From contig NW_027361672.1 in the NCBI RefSeq assembly GCF_039654945.1, positions 22,692,001 through 22,756,000 on the forward strand: DNA of 64,000 bases, written 5' to 3'. The DNA comes from Dendrobates tinctorius (lineage: Eukaryota). The translations under genes and the position numbers were made by a program. Positions within the stretch are counted from its first letter, which is position 1; each line of letters starts with the position of its first letter. A model generated the notes under the pieces. That model saw only the letters and a program-made list of their open reading frames with translations. It was not told the DNA's origin and did no database searches. This document shows, in pieces, positions 1 through 12,869 of the stretch.

Positions 1-456
1 TGCGTCCTGGTAGTGACAAGACTGCTATTCTTTCAGTCCTTTAAGCAGAGGTTTGAACAATACAAGCCATTATCTGAGGAGGCTGGTTAAGCAGGATGAA
101 TCCAGCACTCTTTTCTTGATTACATGCCCACCTACATTTCATCAGACTCAAGGGCATTACAATGCCATGTCAGAAATTTTTAGCACAGAACAATTCTTTT
201 ACTAACTAACAAGTGTACATTCAGGAATTCAATTTTTCATTTAGAAAGTTGGAAATCTATAGTCTATAAGGATTTGAAAGTCTTTTTCTTGTTTTACTTT
301 ATATTTTTGTATACAAGTTTGCTATAGAAAATTGATCTTTTTTTTCTTTGCCCAAATTTTTAATGCTTTAAAAGTACGATAATTCCATAACTTGAAGGTC
401 TCTTTTGGGGCAAATGTTACAATGGGGAAATACATTGCCTATTACTAGACTGTGAT

Positions 457-1514
457 TGTGACGCGCCCACCAGGGCCGTGGGGTACCTGGAATCGGACCA
501 GACAGTTCTATGGGGGAGGTCACAGGGGCCGTGATCCGTTTCCGTGGCCCTGACCGTGTCATAAAATACAAGATAGTTATGTGGTGTTTTATTGTGATGT
601 CACCCGTGGTGTTCGGCAATGGGTGGCCGATGCTGCAGTTTTGGTCCACTGGGGCTGATGGTGACACAGCACAGATGGTCCGGCTCACCACGGGTAGAGC
701 AGGGCCCCAGGGCAAATATATTTGATTGTTCTGATGGTGGTGAACATTGGGGTGCAGAGAATAAGTGAAGGCACAGAGAGGTGCAGTTTTCTTTACCTTT
801 TCCTTGAAAGTAGATGCAATCTGGGTACCAATTACAGATGATGGATTGAGTCCGGCTTGCCTGGAGACATTCAGGGGATCCACCCTATCAGGTGGGGTTG
901 GGGACCTACCTTCTGCGCCCTCTTTTCGGGTCGCTGCTGCTTGTAGGTAAGCTGCGGCCCTATCCTGTGTGATGGTTTCAAACCTGTATGGCAGACAGCG
1001 GGCACTGTCCTTTTCACTGTCAGCCCCGGGCTCTTGGTCTGCTGCCTTGCCTTCAGGTGTTCAGTGTGGCAAAGGAGCTTGCAGTCCCCTGCCCTCCATA
1101 TTCGGCTGTCAGGGCATACAGCATCCACCCAGCCAAGGACTATGACATCCTTTTTTATCAGCGCTCTGCTCTGGGGTCAGCTATACGCAATTTTAGTTCC
1201 CCAGAGCCCTTGTCTCTGCTCCTGTCCTTTCCCTCTCCACAGACAAACTGCCAACTCTCCTTTCTCAATGTCCTGTCACCAGCTGGCTCCCATTTCCATG
1301 ACAACTCCCCGTTTACTCTATCAGCTGACTTCTTTCTGACTCACTAATTCCACCTGCTGGCTAGAATTTATAAGGAAGCTCCCCTTTCTGGCCTGGAGCA
1401 GGAATTGACATGTACTCTGTGTTACCTGGCATGGGAACCCCCCCTGCCCCCAGGCATGACATCACCCCTTAGAGGGAGGCAAAGTCACCGTGGCAACCGT
1501 ACTCGGGTGCCACA
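457..1514 (-). mobile_element. 3' LTR of a Gypsy/Ty3 retrotransposon
   Basis: Termini TGTGAC(457)...GCCACA(1514) form an imperfect TG..CA inverted pair. The adjacent 1515-1527 reads as a purine-rich tract (AACTGGTGGGGAA) on the minus strand, followed by an integrase remnant. Confidence 0.75.
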
Positions 1515-3176
1515 TTCCCCACCAGTTAAATTCAGTACTCCTGGACTGAGCTAACATAACAAGATCTGTTAACAGCAATAAATTAAAATCTACAAAGTCT
1601 TAAAAATGTAAACACAGTTACTGCAGCGACCAGTCCTTATGTTGCCATCCAGGAGTTGTCTTTCTCCTTGTACCTGGGTTTTGGTTTGTGGGAACTGCCT
1701 TAGCCCACTTTGTGTGTCATCCCTGGATGAGGCTGCAGGGCACTCTGTAGACGGGCCTGGTTTTTCGGCCATGCCGGCTGCTTATTTTCAAGGCCAAGCT
1801 GGGGTAACTATTTACAAATAAAGTCCTGACCACACATAGTCCTGTGACCCAATTGTCCTTCAACTGGTTATTATGAATACTTAAAAAGTTCATACATTAA
1901 GCCTCTGTAGGCTCTCTTGCTTAACAGTTACAACTATACATTCTTATTTGCATTATGTATTTTCTATAACGGACAGTGATCTGACCTCTGGTACTACGAG
2001 TGGATCTACGTGGACCTGACCTGTTCTCTAGTGTCTACTGCTGGTGCAGCGAGTGCCCTAGTCACTACGCTATAAGTGGACCTGTGTAGTATTGGTATTC
2101 TGAACTGTCTTCTCCCGACTCTTAGGCTCACCATGAGACTGACAGATTCGTCGCTAGCAGGGGGCAGACTTCCGCATTCAACTGCAGATGTGGCATCTGT
2201 TACTGGAGCCATTTCAATAAGAGTCTCTGCTTCATCCGGTGCAGTAGGCTGGTGAAAGGTTAGGACTGGTACTGCGATAGCCTGATTCACTTGTGTCCAT
2301 GACCAAGGAAATTCTCCAAGGATAGTATGGATCTTATCTTCCACCTCTGCCAAGGGGTGTCTCGGACTTTCTCTTTGTCATTCAGGTGATCAGGGCACAC
2401 TTTTTGATGATCTCTTGAGACTGCCTCTGAGGTTTCTCCTCCATCCTTCCTGATGAGGCATACCTTGGTGTTATTAAAGTCTGATGGTATAACGATGTAT
2501 GGCTCAGCCTTCCACTGGTCATCTAGTTTGTGAACTCATCTCTTTCTTTTGAGTACTTGTTCTCCTGGTGTCAAGGGAACTGCAGGGGCATGTTGATTGT
2601 AATTCCTTTCCTGCCTCTGTCTTGCCTGGGACAAACTTTTCTACACACATTGCACTTTGCGGTATTGTTGCTGCCGCCCTGTATCCCAGTCTGCATCTGG
2701 TGATGTCGTCTCAGGTGTTAAGAATCCCATGTCCAAATCAGTGGGTAACTTGCCAGGTCTTGCCCTCATCAGGTAGGCCGGAGTGCAATTGGTGGAGTTT
2801 ACCGGTATATGATTATATAGATCTACCACATCTGGCAACTTCTCTGGCCACTGGTTTCGTTCTTCCAGAGGTAAGGTCTTGAATAGGTCAATTACCACCA
2901 GGTTCATGTTCTCACACATGTCATTTGTCTGTGAACCTTGACTAATGGTCAACGATGGTCAGAGCGTAGGTGTAGCCAGTCCTACTTGGAGTTAACTTCA
3001 CGTGATCCAAGGCTGCCAGTTCAAGCGGCTGTTTGTTGATTTATAGGCTGTAATGGGGCTCGCCGGCTGTTACAGTCTTTCCTGCGCAGGTTGCATGGGC
3101 CACATTCTCGGCACTTGAGCAGCGATGGATGACCCGGCTGTTCAACTACGAGCTTACCATCAAGTACCAAGCGGGT
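1515..3176 (-). pseudogene. Degenerate Gypsy pol remnant (integrase; short inverted RNase H piece at 3111-3176)
   Basis: Minus-strand translation gives CRECGPC (zinc-finger CxxC), QPLELAALDHVKL..YALTIVDH and QTNDMCENMN..W..LP....YN...NST..TPAYLM, all integrase core motifs. Stops and deletions are present. Confidence 0.8.
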
Positions 3177-3403
3177 GCCACAATTGCTCACAAATGGTTT
3201 GGATACATTCTAATAAGGCTTATCATCTTGTAGAAGCCTCAGGTTAGTAGTAATTACATATGTTTTACTTTGATCTATTTCCTTACTGTACACCAAAGAA
3301 ATATGTATTAATATACTTATGTATTTAATTACATAGCCACTCTAGTATATTCAATGTGCCACTAGGTTCTTGCTTTCCCATGTGAGCGCAGCATGATCTA
3401 TAG

Positions 3404-3599
3404 CAGTGTTTCCCAAGCTCCAGTCCTCACGGGCACCAAACACATCATGTTTTCAGGATTTCTTAGTATTACACAGGTGAGAGAACCTGGGACAATTTCT
3501 GCTACCTTGATAATAATTCCATCAACTGTGTAAATACTAAGGAAATCCTGAAAACATGACATGTTAGGGGCCGTGAGGACTGGAGTTTGGGAAAGGCTG
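3404..3599. mobile_element. hAT-type MITE
   Basis: Near-palindromic, CAGTGTTTCCCAA...TTGGGAAAGGCTG termini, imperfect 8-bp flanks ATCTATAG/ATCTAGAT. Confidence 0.7.
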
Positions 3600-3981
3600 A
3601 TCTAGATTCAGAGACCCTGATTCAAGCTATGTATCACTTACTGTGCTGCATACTGTAGCTTTTGATCAAATTAGTGTTATCTGACGCAGATCTATCTGTT
3701 TTCTGAATACTGAGCTCTCTATAACACCCCCACACCACTGATTGCCAGTGTTATGTGCATAGCCAGACAGTGATTTGGGGCTACAATAGTAATAAGTATG
3801 GAGGATGACATGGCAGAATTGCTAGTTCTCTAGTGATCTCCTCCTGCTTTTCAAAAATTGATTTGATCAAAACTACCGCAAGCAGCCCAGTAAGTGACAC
3901 ATTGCTGGAATCTGAGTCTCTTTCACTACATTATGCTGCTCTCAGATTTTTGGCAAAAACCTGGTAACAGATTCTCTTTAA

Positions 3982-5491
3982 CCCCTTTCTGACATCAGAC
4001 GTACTATCCCGTCCATGGGACCCGGGCCCCTATGCCCATGGACGGGATAGTACGTCTAGCACGATCAGCGGCGCCCATGTGGTGAGCGCCGCTGATCGCG
4101 GCCGGGTGTCAGCTGATTACCACAGCTGACACCCGACACTATGTGTCAGGGGTGGTCACGGACCGCCCCGACACGTTAACCCCTTGTACACCGCGATCAA
4201 ACACGATCGCGGTGTACCGGGGGTTAAAGGGAAGCATCGGCAGGGAGGGGGCTCCCCTGAGCCCCCCCGCAGCAGCGCAATGTGCAGCGCTGCTGCGGGG
4301 GGCTCTTTCCCTGCAGGTCCCCGGATCCAAGATGGCGACGGGGACCTTCGGGGGCCTGCAGGGAGCTGGCTTCCTCAGTGCCTGCAAAGCGCAATAACTG
4401 CCACACTGCCAAATTGCACAATAACTTTTAGGGTCCTGTTACCCTTGGGAAAATAAAAATTGGGGGTGAAAAGATCATTTTTGTGGAAAAAAATGATTTT
4501 TTAATTGTACCGCTGTACATTATACACTTCTGTGAAGCCCTTGTAGGTTCAAAGTTCTCACAACATAGCTAGATAAGTTCCTTGGGGGTCTAGTTTCCAA
4601 AATGGGGTCACTTGTGGGGGGTTTCCACTGTTTAGGTACATCAGGGGCTCTCCAAACATGACATGGCGTCCAATCAGAATTCCAGCCAATTTTGCATTGA
4701 AAAAGTCAAACGGCGCTCCTTCCCTTCTGAGCTCTGCCATGCGCCGAAACAGTGGTTCCCCCCACATATCAGGTATCAGTGTACTCAGGCCAAATTGCAC
4801 AATAACTTTTCCAGTCCAATTTCTCCTTTAACCTTGGTAAAATAAAAAAAATTGAACCTGAAATATTTTTTTTGGTGAAAAAAGTTAAATGTTCATTTTT
4901 TTTTTTTTTATATTCAAAAAATTCCTGTGAAGCACCTGAAGGGTTAATAAACTTCTTGAATGTGGTTTTGAGCACCTTGAGGGGTGCAGTTTTTAGAATG
5001 GTGTCACTTTTGGGTATTTTCTATCATATAGACCCCTCAAAGTGGCTTCAAATGTGATGTGGTCCATAAAAATAAAATGGTGTTGTAAAAATGAGAAATC
5101 GCTGGTCAACTTTTAATCCTTATAACTTCCTAACAAAAAAAAATTTGGGTTCCTAAATTGTGCTGATATAAAGTAAACATGTGGGAAATGTTACTTATTA
5201 AGTTTTTTGTGTGCCGTAACTCTGTGATTTAAGGGCATAAAAATTCAAAGTTTGAAAATTGCGAAATTTTCAAAATTTTCGCCAATTTTCCGTTTTTTTC
5301 ACAAATAAACGTAAGTTATATGAATGAAATTTTACCACTAACATGAAATACAATATGTCATGAGAAAACTGTCAGAATCACCGGGATCCATGGAAGCGTT
5401 TCAGAGTTATTACCTCATAAAAGGACAGTGGTCAGAATTGTAAAAATTGGCCCGGTCATGAACGTGCAAACCACCCTTGGGGGTAAAGGGG
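3982..5491. mobile_element. Non-autonomous piggyBac-like TTAA element
   Basis: TTAA|CCCCTTT...AAAGGGG|TTAA termini, a chain of internal hairpins at 3997-4300, and an internal segment homologous to the ~390-bp repeat at 28960-30820. Confidence 0.75.
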
Positions 5492-5584
5492 TTAAAAGAA
5501 AAACGCGCTTTCCAAACATTTTTTCAAGAATTTCTACAATAAAACCATAGTTGCACACGCTGTAGAAATTTGGACATAAATATA

Positions 5585-7122
5585 CAGTATATCACTAAAG
5601 TGAGTACACCCCTCATGTTTTTGTAAATATTTTATATGTTTTCATGGGACAACACTGAAGATATGACACTTTGATACAATGTAAAGTAGTCAGTGTACAA
5701 CTTGTATAACAGTGTAACTTTGGTTTACCCTTTAAATAACTCAACACAGCCATTAAGTGAGTACATCCCTAAGTGAAAGTGGCCCATTTGTGCCGAAAGT
5801 GTCAATATTTGTGTGGCCACTATTATTTTCAAGCACTGCATTAACTCTCTCGGGCATGGAGTTAAGTAGAGCTTCTCAGGTTGCCACTGTAATCCTCTTC
5901 CACTCCTCCATGACGTCACTGGTGGATGTGGCTCCTACACATTCTTTTTGTGGATGCCCAGATGATTAATAGGGTTTAGGTCTGGAGACATGCTTGGCCA
6001 GTCCAGCACCTTTATGCTAAGTCTTTTTAGCAAGTCTTGGAGGTGTATTTGGTGTCATTATCAAGTTGGAATACTGCCCTGTGGCCCAGTTTCTGAAGGG
6101 AAGGGATCATGCTCTGCTTCATTATGTCAGAACATGTTGGCGATCATAGTTCCCTCTTTGAACTATAGCTCCCCACAGCTGGTAGAACTCATGCAGCCCT
6201 AAACTATGACACTCCCACCACCTTGCTTCGCTGTAAGCAAGACACACTTGTCTTTGTACTCGTCACATGGTTGCCACCATACACGCTTGACACCATCTGA
6301 ACCTAATAACTTTATCTTGGTTTCATCAGACCACAGGACATGGTTCCAACAATTCATGTCCATAGTCTGCTTGACTTCAGCAAACTGTTTGCATGTTTTT
6401 TTGCGCATCATCTTTAGAAGGGGCCTCCTTCTGGGACGATAGCCATTGTAGACCAATTTAATGCAGTGTGCAATGTACGGTCTGAGCACTGACAGGCTGA
6501 CCCCCCCACCCCATTAACCTGCAGGAATGCTGGCAGCAAATGTACCGTATATCTATTTTGAAAAGACAACCTATGGCTATGACCCCAAGCACATGCACTA
6601 AACTTCTTTGGTCGACCATGGCGAGGCCTGTCCTGAGTGGAACCGATCTTGTTAAACCGCTGAATGGTCTTGGCCACCGTGTTGCAGTTCAGTGTCAGGG
6701 TGCTGGCAATCTTCTTATAGCCTAGGACATCTTTATGTAGAGCAACAATTCTTCTTTTTGAGATTCAGAGAGGTCTTTGCCATGAGGTGACATGTTAAAC
6801 TTGCAGTGACTAGTATTCGAGAGACTGTGAACACCAAAGTTGACACACCTGCTCCCCAGTCACACCTGAGACCTTGTAACACTAATAAGTCACATAGCAC
6901 CAGGGGGAATGGCTAATTGGGCACAATTTGGCCATTTTCACTTAGGGGTGTACTCACTTTTGTTGCCAGTGGTTTAGACATTATTGGCTGTCTGAGTTAT
7001 TTAGAGAGCGCACGAAATATACACTGGTATAGAAGCTGTACACTGACTACTGTATATTGTATCAAAGTGTCATATCTTCAGTGTTGTACCATGAAAATAT
7101 TTACACAAATGTGAGGGGTGTA
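5585..7122 (-). mobile_element. Degenerate Tc1-family transposon
   Basis: TA|CAGT start. The subterminal repeat GTGAGTACACCCCT is matched by its inverse near 6944-6960 and 7112-7122. Transposase fragments ([27 protein letters not shown]) lie in several frames. Confidence 0.85.
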
Positions 7123-7410
7123 TATTGTGGGATTATCAATTATAATTTTTCAGGATTCAGTTTTAGAACAGACACTGCAGCACGCCCACAATATCATGGC
7201 ATTTCTTCTATTTACTCAAAGAACCAATAATCCGTAATCCGTTTTGTGCCATCTTGGTTGAAGAACAGCACGCCGCAAACCACAATTTCCACAATGCTTT
7301 GCTGCCAAGCATCATAAAGGGAGGTCTGGGACAATCATATCTAGCAGCTACAATTTTGTAGATTGTTCCAGAATTCTGGAGAGCAGATAAAAGGATGAAA
7401 CAAAGGATTT

Positions 7411-7525
7411 GCAGCACGGTGGCTCAGTGGTTAGCGCTGCAGCCTTGCAGCGCTGGAGTCCTGGGTTCGAATCCCACCAAGGACAACATCTGCAAGGAGT
7501 TTGTATGTTCTCCCCGTGTTTGCGT

Positions 7526-7556
<31 letters not shown>

Positions 7557-7689
7557 ACACTCCAAAGACATACTGATAGGGAATATAGATTGTGAGCCCC
7601 ATTGGGGACAGTGATGAAAATGTGTGCAAACTGGAAAGCGCTGCGGAATATGTTAGCGCTATATAAAAATAAAGATTATTATTATTATT
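7411..7689 (+). mobile_element. tRNA-derived V-SINE (SINE2)
   Basis: A box TGGCTCAGTGG, B box GGTTCGAATCC, V-domain GCGTGGGTTTCCTCCGGGCACTCCGGTTTCCTCCCACA, and an AATAAA plus (ATT)n tail. Confidence 0.9.
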
Positions 7690-7959
7690 TATTTGCTTTC
7701 ATAGGCTGCAAAGTTGGGCAAAGAGTCATCACTGTTCAGCAGTAGGCTTACATCACCTACAGGAAATGGGAAGGAATGAGGATGGTATTCAGCAACAACA
7801 GCAGAATGCACGAGGATATTCAGAGTTCATTCTTTATCTGTTACCATCCCATAACCCTGGCATATTCTGCTGATTCCTTTTTTATTATACAGAAATCTAC
7901 CAGAGTAAACTGGCAAACTCTTGTTTTGATGCTGGATTACTCTTTAGACAGTGCGGTAT

Positions 7960-8842
7960 TTAATCCCTTACCGACATCCGCCATACATGTATGCCACAAG
8001 TTGGTAGCGATTGCATGGAGGCAGGTAATGGTTGTGTCTTACAGCCAGGAATTGCCTCTATCAATTGTTATCTTGCTAAGTGGCGCATTGAAACTCTGAC
8101 AGCATCATTAACAGTCGCCGGTCTGGGTGGTGAATCATTCTATGCACCTACTGTGGTATTGTATATAGTACAATCAATCAGATGATTGCAGCTTTAAGTC
8201 CTCTAAGGAGTCTAATAAATACAGTAAAAGTTTAAAAAAAATCAAAAATATAAAGAGTTCAAATCACCCCGTTATTCTCCCATTACAAATAATAAAAAAT
8301 ACCCAGATGTTGCATAACCACGTTAAGAAAAGTCTGATGTATCAAAATATAAAAATAACTCGAAAAGAAAATCAAAAGGCCAAAATTGCATTATTTTTGT
8401 AGCCACAATACCACAAAAATAAGCCCTCACACAGCTCCATCGACCTAAAAATGAAAACACTACAGGTCTCGAAAAATGTCAACACCCAACCCCCCAAAAT
8501 TTTTTATTTTTTTTCTTTTTAAACTTTTGATTTTTTTCACCACTAAAATAATAATAAAACTGGACATGTTTGGTATTGTCGTAATTGTGCTGATAGGGAG
8601 AATCATATTGCAAAGTAATTTTTACCACACAGTGCACGCTGTAAAAACAATGTTAAAATTGCCGGTGGTTTTCTCAAATTCACCACCCTTTTTTCTGATT
8701 TACTGTACACTGTGTAGTAAAATGAATGGAGTCATTAAAAAGTATAACTCTTTCTGAAAAAAAAAAAATATGGCTCTGGGAAGAAGGGGATCACAAAATT
8801 AAATTGCAAAAATGAAAATTAGCCACTTTGGGAATGAGTTTA
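7960..8842. mobile_element. Old, degenerate piggyBac-like TTAA non-autonomous element
   Basis: TTAATCCCTT start and A/T-rich body resembling the family at 3982. The right end is eroded. Confidence 0.45.
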
Positions 8843-9575
8843 AAAAAAAACCACAGAAAATATACACATGTAAAGAATATGCCTATAATTCTTGCCTTCA
8901 TTTCCTAATTTTATTTAACCCCTTAATAAACCTTTGTCGTACCCATACGTAATGGTCGGATAGGGGTCCCTGACCTTTGACGTATGTGCCTGCCTTAAGT
9001 TAAAGACATGACTGGGTGGTCAGTGCCAGGAGCAGTGCACCACCCTGGGCCATTTAACCCCTAAATGCTGTGATCGATGACGGCTAGGAGAGGGAGGGGG
9101 CTTACTCTCCCTTCTGATTTGCACCCCCACAACATCTTTACGAGGGCCCAATCGCTGCTATGGCAGCCTAAGGTCATCATGACGACTTTAGGATCAGCCA
9201 GATACAGCGAGTTTGTTAGACTGTGTCTAAGAGGCTTCTGTCAGTGCAGCACTAACAGGTATAATGCATTATACCAGATATCAGAGTTAGGCCGGAGTCA
9301 CACACAACGATAAAAAAAATCGGTCCGATTTTTACGGTCCGAAATCGCACAAAGGTTTCCTGACCAGTGATCTATCTGTCATCCGAATTTCCTGCGATGA
9401 TCCGATTTTATTCGCATCTAAGCATTCGTATGGCATCCGTCTGGCGATATTTTGTCAGAGGCTTGCAAAATGGACATATAATGGATCCCTATGGCAGGTT
9501 AAAACACAAAACGAAAGAATAGATATAGACACATAGAATACATATATGTATATATACATGTCATTGAGACACATA

Positions 9576-10836
9576 CAGGGGTTGGACAAAATAATGGAAA
9601 CATCTGGAAACCTCAACAAAAGTTAGTTTAATATGGTGTAGGTCCACCTTATGCGGCGATTACAGCCTCAATTCTACGAGGTATGGATTCATACAAGGTG
9701 TGAATTGGTTCCAAAGGAATTGTAGCCCATTCTTCAGTTAAAACACCCTCCAGTTCTTTGAGCGACGATGGCGCCGGAAATCAACGTCTAACTTGAATCT
9801 CTAAAATCGACCATAAATGCTCAATAATGTTGAGGTCTGGGAATTTTGGGGGCCAGATGAGATGCTCAACTTCATTAAAATGTTCCTCGTGCCATGCTTT
9901 AACTATTCTAGCTGTATGAATTGGTGCATTATCATCCTGAAAGATGGCGTTCCCCTCCGGGAACAGTGCTTGAACCATAGGATGCACTTGGTCACCCAAA
10001 ATGCCTAAATAATCTCGGCTGTTAATTCTTCCATGAAGGGAGATCATTGGCCCGGCGGATCTCCACGAAATAGCATCCCAGATCATCACAGAACCTCCGC
10101 CATGTTTTACGGTTGGGAGAAGGCAGTCTGGATGGAATGCTTCTTTCGGCTGTCTCCAAATGTACACTCGGCCGGAGGTCGGAAATAGGGTAAGCGGTGA
10201 TTCGTCTGAGAATATCACATGTTTCCACTGCTCGAGGGACCAATTCTGGAGGTTTCTACACCACTCTAAACGCTTGGAAACATTCGTCATTGAGAGCAGC
10301 GGTTTTCAAATTGCAGCTCTTCCATGGAATCCAGATTTGTGCAGCTCCCGACGAAAAGTTTTCATGGAAACTGGGTTCTGAAGGTGTTCATTGACCTCAG
10401 CAGTGATTTTCGGAGCCGTGCTCTTGTGATCCTCTCTCACAATTCGCTTTAGAGTCTGACTGTCTCAGTCAACTTCAACTTTCGGCCGGACCTGTGCTTT
10501 GCTGCGGACGTTTTTCCATCTCTTTCAAACGCAGTCATTACTTTGGAGACAGTACCTCTTGACACGCCAAGCATCCGGGCACTTTCTGTTACACTAGCGC
10601 CTGCCATACAAGCACCAACAATTTGGCCTCTTTGAAAATCCGAGAAGTCTGCCATTGGTATCAGGTTTTCATCAATGTTCTTACAATTCTGCAAAACAAA
10701 CAGTTAATTTACATACACATAACACAAATAATCAACTACAAAACATTACCATATGTCAGGGTTTGCATGTTTATAACATGTTCGAAGATTATGATGCCAA
10801 AACATTAGGTGTTTCCACTATTTTGTCCAACCCCTG
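9576..10836 (-). mobile_element. Tc1/mariner transposon, DD36E (Incomer-type), frameshifted
   Basis: ~27-bp TIRs CAGGGGTTGGACAAAATA.., TA duplication, transposase ORFs 10449-10694 (HTH) and 9781-10290 (FSDES..FQDDNAP..PDLNIIE, 36 residues between the second D and E). Confidence 0.92.
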
Positions 10837-10848
10837 TATATACAGTAC

Positions 10849-10851
<3 letters not shown>

Positions 10852-10928
<77 letters not shown>
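10852..10928. repeat. (TA)n microsatellite
   Basis: Pure TA run of about 38 units. Confidence 0.98.
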
Positions 10929-10929
<1 letters not shown>

Positions 10930-10938
10930 TGTGTATTA

Positions 10939-11686
10939 TGTGGTGTAGTAACCACTGAGTCCGCTATGGGGCGCTGTGTGGATGTCCCAGGAGAAAGGAT
11001 GAATGGCAGAATACTGAATGGCCATTACATATCTCAAAGTGGGTGGCTTTGAGATGGAGACTTATGTGTTGATCAGCAGTGATACTGCTGAGGTGCTGCT
11101 TTAATGTGACAGGGAGAAGTCTCCAGGTAACTAGGGAGATGGGCAGGCTAGTTACTTACAAACCCACCCAGGGGGTGTGTTTAAAGCACTGTTGGAAAGA
11201 GTGTGTAAATGCTTGAAGGACCTGTGATGAGGTCAGTCATGTGACCTGGTGGGCGTGGCTATGAACCATATAATATGGCGAGGGTAGGTCACAGGGGGTG
11301 AATGCTTGGACCCAGTTGGTCCAGTGTGGAAGGTCCCGCTGAGATGGGGCTTCCTGCCTGACAGCACGTGTGGACGCTGTGAGTAATGGCTGCAAGTGCC
11401 TGAGAGTTCCCTGGAGGGAATGAATGTCTGCAGTATGGAGAAGCAGACATGAGAGAACCCTGACGGGGTGAGATATAACTGTGAGGCTGAAAAGCCTGCG
11501 TATTGGACATTGCTAACAGAGTGAAGCTCTGTCATGGACGCTATACCGTTAATATATTGCTGGTCATGGTTTATGATGTTTAATAAACCGCATGGACTAT
11601 ACTGGTTTATGGAAAACCTGTGCCGGATCTGATTTTGTGGCTGCCAAGCGAGTGATCCCCTACTTAAATGACAGCACTACCTCACA
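10939..11686 (+). mobile_element. Probable solo LTR
   Basis: TGTGGTGTAGT...ACTACCTCACA imperfect inverted termini and AATAAA at about 11582. No clear TSD. Confidence 0.6.
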
Positions 11687-12187
11687 TGAGATATATATAT
11701 ATATATATCATTTCATAGATTTCTACGTAGTAGAATAGCCGCTAATTCAATTGCCGGCTTTTGTAAAATCATTCCCCAACCCGACATGAAATGACACATG
11801 GTTACATACAGTAAACCATTTCATTTCATGTTTTTTTTTTTTTTATATGTCCCTGACTAATAATTAGATGAGGGTTTGTGTGCACAATTTGGGACGTCGA
11901 GGTGTTAATTTAAGGGGTTAATTCGTTGTAAAAAAATGGTCCCTCTCAAGGCTATAAAAATCTACCCTCACTCACCTGCTTTACCTCTCTGGCTGCGATT
12001 TTACCGCGGGAGCCCACGCATTTTTTACAACGAATTAACCGCTTAAATTAATTCAGTTGAAACTACTTCAAATCTGCAAGGAAAAAGTAGCAGCAAGAGA
12101 TTTAAGAAATCTTATTTGCCTTGATGGTACTATAAAATGCTGCATATTTTCCGCTGCAAAAATGTGCGCAACGTGTTATATAGTCTA

Positions 12188-12575
12188 GGGCCTCATTCAG
12201 TCATCTATGATTTTTCCCATATGAAAAAATTGTTCCAAGATTCATAGTGCTTTGGGTTTGAGTTTCATCAGCGTGTTAGTTTTTACCGTTGGTGTGTTAT
12301 AGATGATTTTTCACTAATGAAAAAATCAATAAATAAATTCTCCTGTACATTAATCATGGACAGCACACTGATACCATCCATGTGCTGATTGTGATTTTTA
12401 CAGACCCATAACTTGTATTGATAATTTCTATCCGTGACAAAAATCAACATGTCTCCTTGATTTTTTTTTTTTTTTTTGTGTCCGCAAAACAACACAGACT
12501 TGTAAATCGCACCATAGACTTTAAATGGGCACATGTTCTGTCCGTGAAAAAAAACATGGACGTCTGAATGAGCCC
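12188..12575. mobile_element. Harbinger-type MITE
   Basis: GGGCCTCATTCAG...CTGAATGAGCCC terminal inverted repeats. Confidence 0.6.
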
Positions 12576-12639
12576 TCAGAGATAACAGAAAGGAGGGAAT
12601 GTACACAGAATTCCTCAGTGTGGACAGGGAAGAAATATA

Positions 12640-12869
12640 TCTTTGTACCTTGTTAGCCAGTAGATAGAAAAATAGTTAGAATTGAGAGTCCTCAGTGATT
12701 GATACCTTTTAATGGCTAACTGAAAAGATGGTAACAAATTGCAAGATTTCGAGACTACTCAGGTGTATGCCTGATGAAGAGACCTGAGTAGTCTCAAAAG
12801 CTCGCAATTTGTTACCATCTTTTCAGTTAGCCATTAAAAGGTATCAATCACTGAGGACTCTCAATTCTA
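12640..12869. mobile_element. Penelope-like element terminus: 88-bp inverted repeat with hammerhead-like core
   Basis: Arms 12677-12764 and 12782-12869 are near-perfect reverse complements. The centre reads CTGATGA-A-GAGAC-loop-GTCTC-(G/A)AAA-GCTC. Confidence 0.65.

Larger units (their letters stand above)
9290..12035. mobile_element. PIF/Harbinger-like non-autonomous element interrupted by Tc1, (TA)n and a solo LTR
   Basis: TTA|GGCCGGAGTCACAC start. The reverse complement of this terminus occurs at about 38230-38243. The right boundary is approximate. Confidence 0.5.

Noticed and set aside
7411-7490. tRNA-like sequence with A and B boxes
   Set aside because: It continues into a V-domain and an (ATT)n tail, so it is a SINE head, not a tRNA gene.
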